Source of the DNA: an uncultured Bdellovibrionales bacterium
Lineage (GTDB): Bacteria; Patescibacteriota; Minisyncoccia; Moranbacterales; UBA9337
DNA: 64,000 nucleotides
NCBI GenBank assembly: GCA_964605525.1
Contig: CAZSCV010000004.1
Coordinates: 38,667 to 102,666, forward strand
Direction: 5' to 3'
Below are positions 52,330 through 61,999 of this stretch, piece after piece (position 1 is the stretch's first letter; each line of letters opens with the position of its first letter). Made by a program: the position numbers and the translations under genes. The notes beneath the pieces were generated by a model. That model searched no databases and was not told where the DNA came from. It saw nothing but the letters and a program-made list of their open reading frames with translations.

Positions 52330-52333
52330 TAAT

Positions 52334-53866
52334 TTATCGAGCGTATTCAACTGCGCGAGTTTCCCTCAAAACATTAACCTTTATTTCACCGGGATATTTC
52401 AATTCTTCCTCAATTTTTTCCGCAATGCTTTTTGCCAACTTAATCGCTCCGAAATCATCCACTTCTTCCGGCTTCACAAAAACCCGAATCTCTCTTCCTG
52501 CTTGGATAGCATATACTTTTTCCACTGCCGGGAAAGAAGAAGCCACTGCTTCCAATTCTTCCAAACGTTTGAGATAATTTTCCAAACTATCTTTTCTTGC
52601 TCCGGGACGCGAGGCTGAAATAGCATCCGCCGCCGCCACAATAAAAGATTCCGAGGTTTCGAATGGATATTCTTCGTGATGGGATTTCATCGCGTCAATA
52701 ACCTCTTTGGCAACGCCGAATTTTTCCAATATTTTAACTCCGATTTCCACATGGGTTCCTTGGATTTCATGATCCACTGCTTTGCCGATATCATGGAAAA
52801 GTCCGGCCTTTTTTGCCACTGCCACATCCGCTCCCAATTCAGCTGCCAAAGCTCCTGCCAAATGAGCCACTTCAACAGAATGAATCAAAACATTTTGCCC
52901 GAAACTGGTTCGGTAGCGCAATCTTCCAACCAAATACAAAAGCTTTGGATTTAATCCGACAATACCCAAATCATACGCCGCCGCCTCTCCGGCTTCACGA
53001 ACCTTATTATCCACTTCCTTTTTGGCATATTCAACTGCTTCGTCAATACGCGTCGGATGGATTCTTCCGTCTTCAATCAATTTACCCAATGCAATTCTGG
53101 CAATTTCGCGACGCACAGGATCAAAGCCTGAAATAACAATCGCCTCCGGCGTATCGTCAACGATAATTTCCACTCCGGTCGCCCTTTCTAATGCTTTGAT
53201 ATTCCGCCCTTCCCGACCGATAATTTTTCCCTTCAAATCATCTGATGGAATACTGATAGTGCTTGTTGTTACTTCAGCTGAATGCGAACCGGCATATTTT
53301 TGAATAGCTTGCGTCATGATTGAACGCGCCCTTTCTTCTAAAGCCTTTTTTCCTTCCTTTTCCAAGCGCGTAATTCTTTCCAGTAAAACTTCCTGATTTT
53401 CTTCTTCAGTAAGTTGCAATAAAATATTTTTTGCTTGTTCCTTATTTAATCCGGCAATTTTTTCCAAACGCATCAACTCTTCCTGCCGGGTTTTTTCTGT
53501 TTCAAGTTTTATATTTTTAATTTCTTCAACTTTTTTTTCCAAAGCGACTCTGCCCCGATCCAAATCTTCCATCTTCTTATCGATCATTTCTTCCCTCTTT
53601 TCAATTCTCTGCTCCATTCGATAAATTTGGCTTTCTCTTTCTTTTTCTTTTTTCTTGGCCTCTTCCAAAATTTCCACCGCTTTATTTTTTGCCTCAAGCC
53701 CTATTTCTTGCGCTTTTTTTTCGGCCTCTCTGATCATATTATTCACTTTCCCTTCAGCCGTCGACAGTTGTTTTTTTGCAATTGACTGGCGGGCATAGTA
53801 GCCCAAAATTGATCCCGCGGCCAAAGCCAAAACGGAAACAACTATAGCTATCAAGCTTATTTCCAT
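52334..53866 (-). CDS. rny: ribonuclease Y
   Basis: TM helix, coiled coil, KH domain (GKIIGREGRNI), HD domain (HDIGK). Confidence 0.96.
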   Translation of the reverse strand: MEISLIAIVVSVLALAAGSILGYYARQSIAKKQLSTAEGKVNNMIREAEKKAQEIGLEAKNKAVEILEEAKKKEKERESQIYRMEQRIEKREEMIDKKMEDLDRGRVALEKKVEEIKNIKLETEKTRQEELMRLEKIAGLNKEQAKNILLQLTEEENQEVLLERITRLEKEGKKALEERARSIMTQAIQKYAGSHSAEVTTSTISIPSDDLKGKIIGREGRNIKALERATGVEIIVDDTPEAIVISGFDPVRREIARIALGKLIEDGRIHPTRIDEAVEYAKKEVDNKVREAGEAAAYDLGIVGLNPKLLYLVGRLRYRTSFGQNVLIHSVEVAHLAGALAAELGADVAVAKKAGLFHDIGKAVDHEIQGTHVEIGVKILEKFGVAKEVIDAMKSHHEEYPFETSESFIVAAADAISASRPGARKDSLENYLKRLEELEAVASSFPAVEKVYAIQAGREIRVFVKPEEVDDFGAIKLAKSIAEKIEEELKYPGEIKVNVLRETRAVEYAR

Positions 53867-54187
53867 ATTTTTTCATCTCCTATTCAATTGGGCAAAACAG
53901 AAACAAAGAATAAAGCCTTATTCCGAGAAAGGTAAAGCAAAATAAAGCACCGGCCCCTTGGCGAATGGCTTTAAAATATTTTCAGTTATTGCTTTTGTGC
54001 AAATATTGCTTAACATGCAAATCATAGTTTTTCTCTATATTTCCGAAAGTGCAAATTGAAAGGTTGTGTATAAATTTATTACTAGTAGCCATTCTATTAC
54101 ATAAACCAGCTTTTGTCAAAGACATTCAAAAATGTTAGAATGATAGGTAGTGAAATTAAAAATTTTTATAATAATTTTCTTTCTATT

Positions 54188-55753
54188 ATGTACAAACCCG
54201 TAGTTTTAATCATTTTGGACGGATGGGGTCTTTCCAGTAACAGGCAAGGAAATGCCATTTTCAAATCCCGCAAACCGTCCGTTGACAAATTGGACCAGTA
54301 TTATCCTTCAACCACTCTCCAGGCATCCGGAATTTCCGTGGGAATTCCTTGGGGAGAATCGGGAAACAGCGAGGTCGGGCATATGACACTCGGGGCGGGA
54401 AAAATAATCTATCAAAATCTTCCTCGTATCACTTTGTCAGTCCAAGATGGATCTTTTTTTCAAAATGAAGCGTTTCTGGAAGGAATGAACAAGGTCAATC
54501 AAAACAAAAGCTCTTTGCACTTGATGGGACTTATTGGTGAAGGAGCCGTCCACTCATATTCAGAACATCTGAACGCTCTTATTGAAATGGCAAAAATTCA
54601 GAAAATAGAAAGGCTTTATTTGCACCTAATCACTGACGGTCGCGATTCATCTCCAACCTGCGGAACAAAAATTATCAAGTCTCTTCAAGAAAAATTAAGA
54701 ATGAAAGGGATTGGAAAAATTGCCTCTGTTTGCGGAAGAAATTGGACGATGGATAGAAACAACAATTGGGGGCGCATAGAAAAAGGTTACAATTTGATGA
54801 CTCGAGGAGAAGGAGAGCAAATTTCTGATCCAATCAAATATCTCCAAGATTCTTACGCCAAGGGAATTACGGATGAATATATTGAACCGGGAGTAATTAC
54901 CGAAGGAGGAAAACCTGTCGCCTTAATACAAGATGGGGACACGGTTATTTTCTTTAATTTTCGGGAAGACCGCGCCAGGCAAATAACCAGGGCTTTTACC
55001 TTGCCGGAGTTTGATGGATTTAAGCGTGAAAAACGCCTGCAATTGAATTTCGTTACCATGACAGAATATGAAAAAGATTTGCCGGTTTCCGTCGCTTTCC
55101 CGCCGGAAGAAATAAAAAATGGATTGGGAGAAATACTCAGCCAAAACAGAAAAAAACAACTGCGCATCGCGGAAACAGAAAAATATGCCCATGTTACGTA
55201 TTTTTTCAATGGAGGAAAAGAAGAACCTTGGCCGGGAGAAGACCGGGTTTTGATCCCCTCCCCGTCCGTTTCCAAATTTGATCAGGCTCCGGAAATGAGC
55301 GCTGATAAAATAACTCAAAAAGTTATTGAGGCTTTGGAATTGGAAAAATATGATTTTATTTTAATAAATTATGCCAATGCCGATATGGTCGGGCATACCG
55401 GAAATGAAGAAGCCACTATTCGCGCAGTGGAAACTGTCGACAAAAATTTGGCTGATTTGATTCCGGCTGTTCTCAAAATTGGCGGATGCCTTTTGATAAC
55501 CGCCGACCATGGAAACGCCGAGGAACTGCAAAACTTGCGCACCGGAGAAATCAACACTGAACACTCCTCCAATCCCGTTCCACTTTGGTTTGTAGCTCCC
55601 GACAATCACCATGAAGAAAAGAAAATTGATACAGGAAGAGAGTTTAATCCAGGAGGACTTCTCAGCGACATTGCGCCAACCGTCCTCAGTATTATGAAAA
55701 TTGAACAACCTAAAGAAATGAACGGCGAAAGCTTACTACCACTTCTGAAATAA
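54188..55753 (+). CDS. gpmI: 2,3-bisphosphoglycerate-independent phosphoglycerate mutase
   Basis: ILDGWG, GNSEVGH, AETEKYAHVT, DMVGHTG, ADHGNAE. Confidence 0.96.
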   Translation: MYKPVVLIILDGWGLSSNRQGNAIFKSRKPSVDKLDQYYPSTTLQASGISVGIPWGESGNSEVGHMTLGAGKIIYQNLPRITLSVQDGSFFQNEAFLEGMNKVNQNKSSLHLMGLIGEGAVHSYSEHLNALIEMAKIQKIERLYLHLITDGRDSSPTCGTKIIKSLQEKLRMKGIGKIASVCGRNWTMDRNNNWGRIEKGYNLMTRGEGEQISDPIKYLQDSYAKGITDEYIEPGVITEGGKPVALIQDGDTVIFFNFREDRARQITRAFTLPEFDGFKREKRLQLNFVTMTEYEKDLPVSVAFPPEEIKNGLGEILSQNRKKQLRIAETEKYAHVTYFFNGGKEEPWPGEDRVLIPSPSVSKFDQAPEMSADKITQKVIEALELEKYDFILINYANADMVGHTGNEEATIRAVETVDKNLADLIPAVLKIGGCLLITADHGNAEELQNLRTGEINTEHSSNPVPLWFVAPDNHHEEKKIDTGREFNPGGLLSDIAPTVLSIMKIEQPKEMNGESLLPLLK

Positions 55754-55849
55754 TTTCATACCACCTAAAAATCAGTTCGCACAATTAATAATCACTTACT
55801 TCACGCAAAAAAGTTGCAAATTTATACACATAAACAAATTTGCAACTTT

Positions 55850-56906
55850 TTATTTTTTAATAATTCTACTGATCTTTTTCTCAATCCCCCGCCCATCACA
55901 ATGCTTCAAAACTCCCAAATACGCCTGCAAACTTTGATTAAATTCTTCTTCTGAAATCAATCCTTCTTTCAATATTTTATGATTGAGAGATAATTTCTTC
56001 ATCATCCTCCTTTTCGTTTTCGTCCGCAAGACTCGATGATGCGGCAAAACCACATAACCCAGAAAATCAATGCCTTGCCGATATTTCCTGATGATTATTT
56101 TATTTGGATGTAAATTTAATTTCAGTTCATTTTGCAAAAAATCGCCAAGTTTTCCAATTAACTTTTCTAAATGTTTTTTATCTTCCGCCATAATTATGAA
56201 ATCGTCGCAATACCGCAAATAATATTTTTCTTTCAGGATATGTTTTGCAAATTGATCGAGTTCATTTAGATAGATATTAGCAAAGAGCTGGCTGATAACA
56301 TTTCCCAATGGCAGTCCTTTTGGAAAACTGTGAATTATTCTTTCTGTAAGCCAGATCGCATTTTCGTCTCGGATCTTTCTTTTGATAAGTTTCAGTAAAA
56401 TTTCCTGATCAATCGAATCGAAAAACTTTTTGATGTCGCATTTGAGAGTGAATATTTTTTTCTTATTGTTCTTACTTGCTTTTCTGGAAAATTCTTCAAA
56501 TCTTTTTACGCCTATATGTACTCCTTTATCAATCCTGCAGGAATACGAATCAAGAATAAAATTTTTATCAAAAATCGGATAAAGAATCCTGAAAATCGCA
56601 TGATGCAAAACTCTATCTTTCACCACAGCTTTGTGTATTTTTCGCAATTTTGGATCACAAACATTAAATGAGGTATAATCGGAATGCCGATAGGTTTTGT
56701 TTTTGAGTTCTTTGTGGAGATTGAAAATATTATCTTCCAATTTAAATTCGAATTGTTGCACGTCTATCTTTTTTGTTTTTCCTCTCTTAAATTCATTCCA
56801 CGCCAAAAATAAATTTTCCAAACTAATTATTTTTTTAAAAATACTATGACAGAAAAACTCACAATTAAGACCCCCCCCCAACGCTCTCAATAAAATTGTC
56901 GCGCAT
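55850..56906 (-). CDS. DGR reverse transcriptase; ATG at 56906 is out of frame at G9, a TTG at 56890 is in frame
   Basis: KCDIKKFFDSI, GLPLGNVISQLFANIYL, RYCDDF, IDFLGY; adjacent TR/VR pair. Confidence 0.93.
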
Positions 56907-57257
56907 AAAAATATCCTAAACTATAATCAACCGAAATTATTCTCTGAATTGGAAAATTTGTACAGCGATTGTTATGACCGCGTAAAAAACTTTCCCAAGC
57001 TAGACAAACATCTTCTCGGAAAAGAAATTTTAACTTTTCTTAATGAGACTCAAAAATACTCATTAACCTCGATTCACAACAATTCTTATCTTCCTCTTGC
57101 AAGTGCTAATTTTGACTTATTCAAAAGATCGATTCGCGTTGCTGTAAATAAAAAAATTATTTCTATCGGATGGTACGGATCCCATTTGGAAATAATAATT
57201 TCCATCGGAAAAGAAATTGGCAGTTGGATCAAAAAAACAAAAAGCCCGAAGTTTTAG
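56846..57257 (+). CDS. avd: Avd-like four-helix-bundle protein; ATG at 56846 is out of frame at C9, a TTG at 56949 is in frame
   Basis: FPK.DK..LG..I, D.FK..IR.A, IGKEIGSW.K. Confidence 0.8.
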
Positions 57258-57357
57258 AGGGCGAGGCGCAACCGGTTGTTGCTATTAGAATTGCCGGCAT
57301 TGTTGGAATTGAGGTTGAACTCGCCGCCGTTCGAATTGGCGTTAGCGACTGAACAAA
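57245..57357 (-). repeat. DGR template repeat (TR)
   Basis: 113-bp ungapped match to VR; 11 AAY codons; 17 of 18 mismatches are at TR adenines. Confidence 0.95.
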
Positions 57358-57656
57358 TTAGCGTTATTCCTTCCATAGTTTCGAAAAGAAGATTACTCTA
57401 CTTTTTATAACCTATCGCTTTAGGTCTCTGTTTGGACGCTGACATAAATTGATTTTTTCTCCATCCATAGAACAACGCTGAACTTCGGGTTTTGTTATGA
57501 GGAGAGCTTCGCGTACGAATACCCTACTGAACTCATTTTTTATTTTAGCATCTTTTTTTATTTTCCAAAAATTTTGAAAATAAAAAAACCAGCGCATATT
57601 TCATCGCTGGTCGAAGTTTGAAAAAATTCTAATCCAAGCTCCAAGGATCCACATCC

Positions 57657-57676
57657 TTTCGTCCTAGCGGACGAAA
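57657..57676. promoter_or_regulatory. DGR cis hairpin/cruciform 3' of VR
   Basis: TTTCGTCC-TAGC-GGACGAAA, an 8-bp stem with 4-nt loop, 7 bp past the end of homology; absent after TR. Confidence 0.8.
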
Positions 57677-57683
57677 ATCTGAA

Positions 57684-57796
57684 CCCGAAGAACTAGAGGG
57701 CGAGGCGCAACCGGTAGTCGCTATCCGAAAAGCCGGCATAGCTGGAAACGAGGATGAACTCGCCGCCGCGCGAATAGGCGCTAGCGACTGAACAAA
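57684..57796 (-). repeat. DGR variable repeat (VR)
   Basis: 3' end of the target gene plus 9 nt beyond its stop codon. Confidence 0.95.
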
Positions 57797-58766
57797 CAGG
57801 ACCGGTATTCTTGTCCTTATGTTCAATTAAATCCCTCCTCCACTCCCAAGTATTGGGAGCAAGATACTGCTCGTCATCAGCAAAAAGCTGAGCCTGCAGT
57901 ATAATACCTTCCGCGTGAGATATAACTCTCACACCCCTAACAACCGCCGAAACATACGACCGATTGTCAAGATTAACCGGTTCACCGTTTTTATTGACGA
58001 TTTTCTGATTGGCTGGGATGTCAGCCAAATTGCAGGTAAAAATCATCTCAACCGAATCCACTTTTACAAGCGGAACCGCATTCTTTCTGAGGACCCGCGA
58101 TTCCTCCACGACCCAGTTCCTCTTAAAGGCCTTCGTGCCAATTTCATCCGGTTCAATCGGATGGCATCCTTGTAAAAGCTCGCGGAGGGTGAGTTTTGTC
58201 CAGCGATTAGTCGTCCCTGCCTCCGCCCAAATTTTGAAGCCATCTTCCTTGAGCGGTTTCATAATCCGCTCAAAGAAAAACTCGGCTTCAGTCATTCGGA
58301 CTTCAGCAGCTTCGGTCAAGGCACTTGGCGTGGCCTTGATAAGAGCATAATTGAGACAGCCTACCTCAAGCCCCGCCTTAATTGCCGGAAGCCTTTTTTC
58401 CTCAACAAAAATTTTCCCGCGGTCAATACGGAAATCTGCTCCGTAAAAACGCTGGTAGAATTTTTCCTGTTTGGCGATCTGCCCATCCAGTCCGCCGGGC
58501 AGGAATTTTTCCAGATCATTCTCCTTGAGCCACGACAAAAATTCATCGTAGTCAAGAATCTGATCAGATACTTCTTCTTCGGCGCCATAACACAACACCC
58601 GAGCAAAGTCGACAATTTGTTGGCGTTTTCCGAGGTCGTCAATGATCATTTGTTCAATATCAAATGTCCACCCCGCCTCGAACAACCGACGAAACGCCTC
58701 ACTGTGTTTGCTGTATTTTTTGATAAAATCCGCCTCTGTCATTTGGTTCGCAACGGTATTCCCCAT
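57693..58766 (-). CDS. DGR target protein (probable C-terminal CLec-like fold)
   Basis: GGAGG RBS; TWEW...VR...RLRLAL*; no signal peptide; higher GC than neighbours. Confidence 0.88.
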   Translation of the reverse strand: MGNTVANQMTEADFIKKYSKHSEAFRRLFEAGWTFDIEQMIIDDLGKRQQIVDFARVLCYGAEEEVSDQILDYDEFLSWLKENDLEKFLPGGLDGQIAKQEKFYQRFYGADFRIDRGKIFVEEKRLPAIKAGLEVGCLNYALIKATPSALTEAAEVRMTEAEFFFERIMKPLKEDGFKIWAEAGTTNRWTKLTLRELLQGCHPIEPDEIGTKAFKRNWVVEESRVLRKNAVPLVKVDSVEMIFTCNLADIPANQKIVNKNGEPVNLDNRSYVSAVVRGVRVISHAEGIILQAQLFADDEQYLAPNTWEWRRDLIEHKDKNTGPVCSVASAYSRGGEFILVSSYAGFSDSDYRLRLAL

Positions 58767-59030
58767 CGCACACCTCCCTAAAAAATTTTAAGAACAAAGA
58801 AGTCCGAAAACTTCCACCACTTCGAGCCATTCTCGAAATGATACTCAATTGAAGCACCAAATTATCATTTTGTCAAATATGAATCTCGTTTTTGGCTTAA
58901 ATAAAGGCTTTTATTAGTTTTTTCAAAGTTCACCCTTCAATTTCTGTAAAAAACTCTCACACAATACTAAAAAACTTGTCATTTTGTTGCAATTGCAACT
59001 TTTTGACAAGTTTTTTTGATTTTGTCCTGC

Positions 59031-59624
59031 CTATTTAATTATCTTGTCCACAATTCCATATGCCTTGGCTTCTTCGGCGGACATAAAATTATCCCGTTCA
59101 CTGTCTTTTTCCACCTTGGCAACTTTTTGTCCGGTATGCTTGGCAAGGATTTTATTTAAATTATCTTTAGTTTTGAGAATATGCTTGGCGTGGATATCAA
59201 TATCTGTAGCCTGACCTTGCGCCCCGCCCATCACTTGATGAATCATCACTTCTCCGTTGGGCAAAATCATTCTTTTCCCCTTTTTTCCAGCCGCCAAAAG
59301 AAGCGAAGCGGCACTGGCTGCCAGCCCGACGCAAATCGTTTGAATATCCGGCCTGACATATTGCATCGTGTCATAAATAGCCATAGCGGAAGTAACCGAT
59401 CCTCCCGGAGAATTGATATATATTTTGATATCTTCCTTGGGATTTTGCGATTCCAAAAACAAAAGCTGGGCAATTACGGCATTTGCCATATTATCCTCAA
59501 TCACGCTACCGATAAAAATAATCCGGTCCTTGAGGAGTCTGGAATAAATATCATACGCCCGTTCTCCATAGTTGGTTTTTTCAATAACCGTTGGAATAAG
59601 AATTTGATTGGTTATATTTTTCAT
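59031..59624 (-). CDS. clpP: Clp protease proteolytic subunit
   Basis: [23 protein letters not shown]. Confidence 0.96.
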   Translation of the reverse strand: MKNITNQILIPTVIEKTNYGERAYDIYSRLLKDRIIFIGSVIEDNMANAVIAQLLFLESQNPKEDIKIYINSPGGSVTSAMAIYDTMQYVRPDIQTICVGLAASAASLLLAAGKKGKRMILPNGEVMIHQVMGGAQGQATDIDIHAKHILKTKDNLNKILAKHTGQKVAKVEKDSERDNFMSAEEAKAYGIVDKIIK

Positions 59625-59749
59625 ACTATTTTTAAAATTTATAACTTACACAATTAAGCAGATTCTCGATTTCCTGAAAAATAATAAATTTTTGGTTTTC
59701 CGAAAAAATCATTATTTTTTTCGGAATCCCCTGGGAAAAAGTCTGCCTC

Positions 59750-61063
59750 CTATAATTTTTCCAAAACCTTAAACACTTCTTCATTTGTGAGCATTCCTTT
59801 GACATAGCTGTATACGCGCTCCATATCCATATTCTTTTCCAAGTCTTTCACTCCTTTGTACTGAGCCAAAAGCTTATTCATTTCCGCTTCGATTTTTTCA
59901 CTGGAAATTTCTATTTCTTTTTGTTTGGCAACTTCTTCCAAAACCAAAGCCGATTTGATTCTTTTTTCCGCCTGTGGCTTCCATTCTTTTTCCAGATCTT
60001 GGCGAGTTTTCTTTCCTCCAGAGGCGGATCCGCTTTGAGCGGACATTTTTTCCAAATAAGTCGCAATATCCATTCCCGCCCCTTGAAGCTGAATTTCAAA
60101 TTCACCAATCATTCGATGCAATTCTTCATGAACCAAAATTTCCGGCAATTGGACTTTCAATTTCTCAATCAAGAACTCAACAGTTGCAGTCCGCGCACCT
60201 TCCTTTTTCTGAATTTCTTTTTCTTTTACAATTCCATCCTCAATACTTTTTTCCAATTCCAAAAGATTTTTGAAATTTCCGAGAGAAACAGCAAATTCAT
60301 CGCTAATTTCCGGAGTTTTTCTTTCTTGAACCACATTGATTTTCACTTTAAACTGCGCCGGCTTTCCCGCCAAATCCTTGGCATGATAATCCTCAGGAAA
60401 TTTCAATTCAAATTCTTTTTCTTCTCCCGCTTTGGCACCAATCAAATTATCTTCAAAACCAGGGATAAAAACTCCCCGCCCCAAAATCAAATTGTGCTTC
60501 TTGCTCGTTCCATTTTCAATCGGAACGCCTTCTCTATTCACTTGAAAATCAATTTCCACATTATCCCCTTCTCTGGCCTCACGATCAACCGTAATCATTT
60601 GAACCCGGCTGTTTGCCAATTTATCCAATTCCTTTTTAACATCTTCTTTACTGATCTCAATTTTCTTTCCACTTTGCTCCTTGTTGATTTTTTTCACTCC
60701 GTCCGTCCAATTTTCCATTTTAACCTCAGGCATAACGGCAGTTTTCACTTTGTATTCCAAATCATTTCCCTCGGCCAATTTCAAAATTTCCACCCGCGGA
60801 GCGCCAATAACATCAATTTTTTCATCCATAATCAAACGCGCGTAATTTTTCTGAATCGCTTTTTCAGCCGCTCCGTTTAAAATCGCTTCTTTGCCTATTT
60901 TCTTTTCAATTATATCCCGCGGAACTTTTCCAGGACGAAATCCCTCAACTTTGATACCTTTTGAGATTTCTTCCGTCGCCAAATCCAAATATTTTTCCCA
61001 CTCCTTCCAAGGAATCGATGCTTTTATTTCAATTTCCGAATTTTCTAATTTTTTGATATCCAT
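59750..61063 (-). CDS. tig: trigger factor
   Basis: GFRPGKVP, FIPGFED, FPEDYH; tig-clpP order. Confidence 0.95.
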   Translation of the reverse strand: MDIKKLENSEIEIKASIPWKEWEKYLDLATEEISKGIKVEGFRPGKVPRDIIEKKIGKEAILNGAAEKAIQKNYARLIMDEKIDVIGAPRVEILKLAEGNDLEYKVKTAVMPEVKMENWTDGVKKINKEQSGKKIEISKEDVKKELDKLANSRVQMITVDREAREGDNVEIDFQVNREGVPIENGTSKKHNLILGRGVFIPGFEDNLIGAKAGEEKEFELKFPEDYHAKDLAGKPAQFKVKINVVQERKTPEISDEFAVSLGNFKNLLELEKSIEDGIVKEKEIQKKEGARTATVEFLIEKLKVQLPEILVHEELHRMIGEFEIQLQGAGMDIATYLEKMSAQSGSASGGKKTRQDLEKEWKPQAEKRIKSALVLEEVAKQKEIEISSEKIEAEMNKLLAQYKGVKDLEKNMDMERVYSYVKGMLTNEEVFKVLEKL

Positions 61064-61116
61064 GATTTTATCTTTTTTTAAAATTTAAGCTTTTCAAAAT
61101 TAAATTAAACGTTATC

Positions 61117-61270
61117 CTTTCCGAAAAATAATAAATTTTTCTTTTTACTCACGTCTTTGTGCGTATAAATAAAGAACTTTATTCCTGAACCAACCGATGT
61201 TTTACAAAGAAAGAATAAACTGACCAAAAGGGACGGTTGGAAAAAGAAAAATTTATTATTTTTCGGAAAG
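61117..61270. mobile_element. 154-bp MITE-like hairpin element, copy 2
   Basis: Same length and arms as 26054-26207, with a compensatory A:T to C:G change. Confidence 0.8.
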
Positions 61271-61307
61271 TTTCGCGGAAATAATTCAAAAGTGTAAGAC
61301 AAGAAAA

Positions 61308-61841
61308 TTATTTCCCAAATTTATCTTGATACATTTTTAAAGATTTTTTTACCGCTTCTAGTGCCTTGACCCTTCCTTCGGTTTTCTTGATCACAACTTC
61401 TTTTCCATCTTCGATAGATTTATATGTCTCAAAAAAATGTTTGAATTCTTTGAGCATATGAGGATTCAAATCCTTCATATCTTTTACTCCATCCCATCTT
61501 GGATCATTTTTCGGCACAGCAATGATTTTGTCATCCCCTTCCCCGCAATCAATCATCCTCATCACAGCTACCGGGCGCACTTCCACTAAAATTCCCGGAC
61601 TTAGAGCATATGTCGAAAGCACAATCACATCCAATGGATCGTTGTCTTCCCAAAGTGTTTGTGGAACAAACCCATAATCAAAAGGGTAATCTTGAGAAGT
61701 TTTCATTGCGCGATCCAGTTTTATCAATCCGGTTTCCTTGTCGATTTCATACTTGTTTTTTGATCCGCGAGGACACTCAATAATAACATTGATAGTTTTT
61801 GGGGTGTTTTTTCCTGCAGATATCTCATGCCACATGTTCAT
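61308..61841 (-). CDS. ppa: inorganic pyrophosphatase (family I)
   Basis: KYEIDK, YGFVPQT, DNDPLD, HFFETYK. Confidence 0.95.
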   Translation of the reverse strand: MNMWHEISAGKNTPKTINVIIECPRGSKNKYEIDKETGLIKLDRAMKTSQDYPFDYGFVPQTLWEDNDPLDVIVLSTYALSPGILVEVRPVAVMRMIDCGEGDDKIIAVPKNDPRWDGVKDMKDLNPHMLKEFKHFFETYKSIEDGKEVVIKKTEGRVKALEAVKKSLKMYQDKFGK

Positions 61842-61999
61842 AACTTCACAATTTCTAATTTCTAATTTCTAATTTCTAATCAATTTTCAATGATTAAATT
61901 TAAAATTTAAAAACAGAAACTTCTTTTATTTTATTAGTATTTACTCTTTTTTATTACTGTTCTTTATTCATTGTTCACTGTTTCCTGTTCATTGCTTGC

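Noticed and set aside
55850-56906. group II intron or retron RT
   Set aside because: No maturase/endonuclease extension or msr-msd; the A-specific TR/VR pair and Avd identify a DGR.
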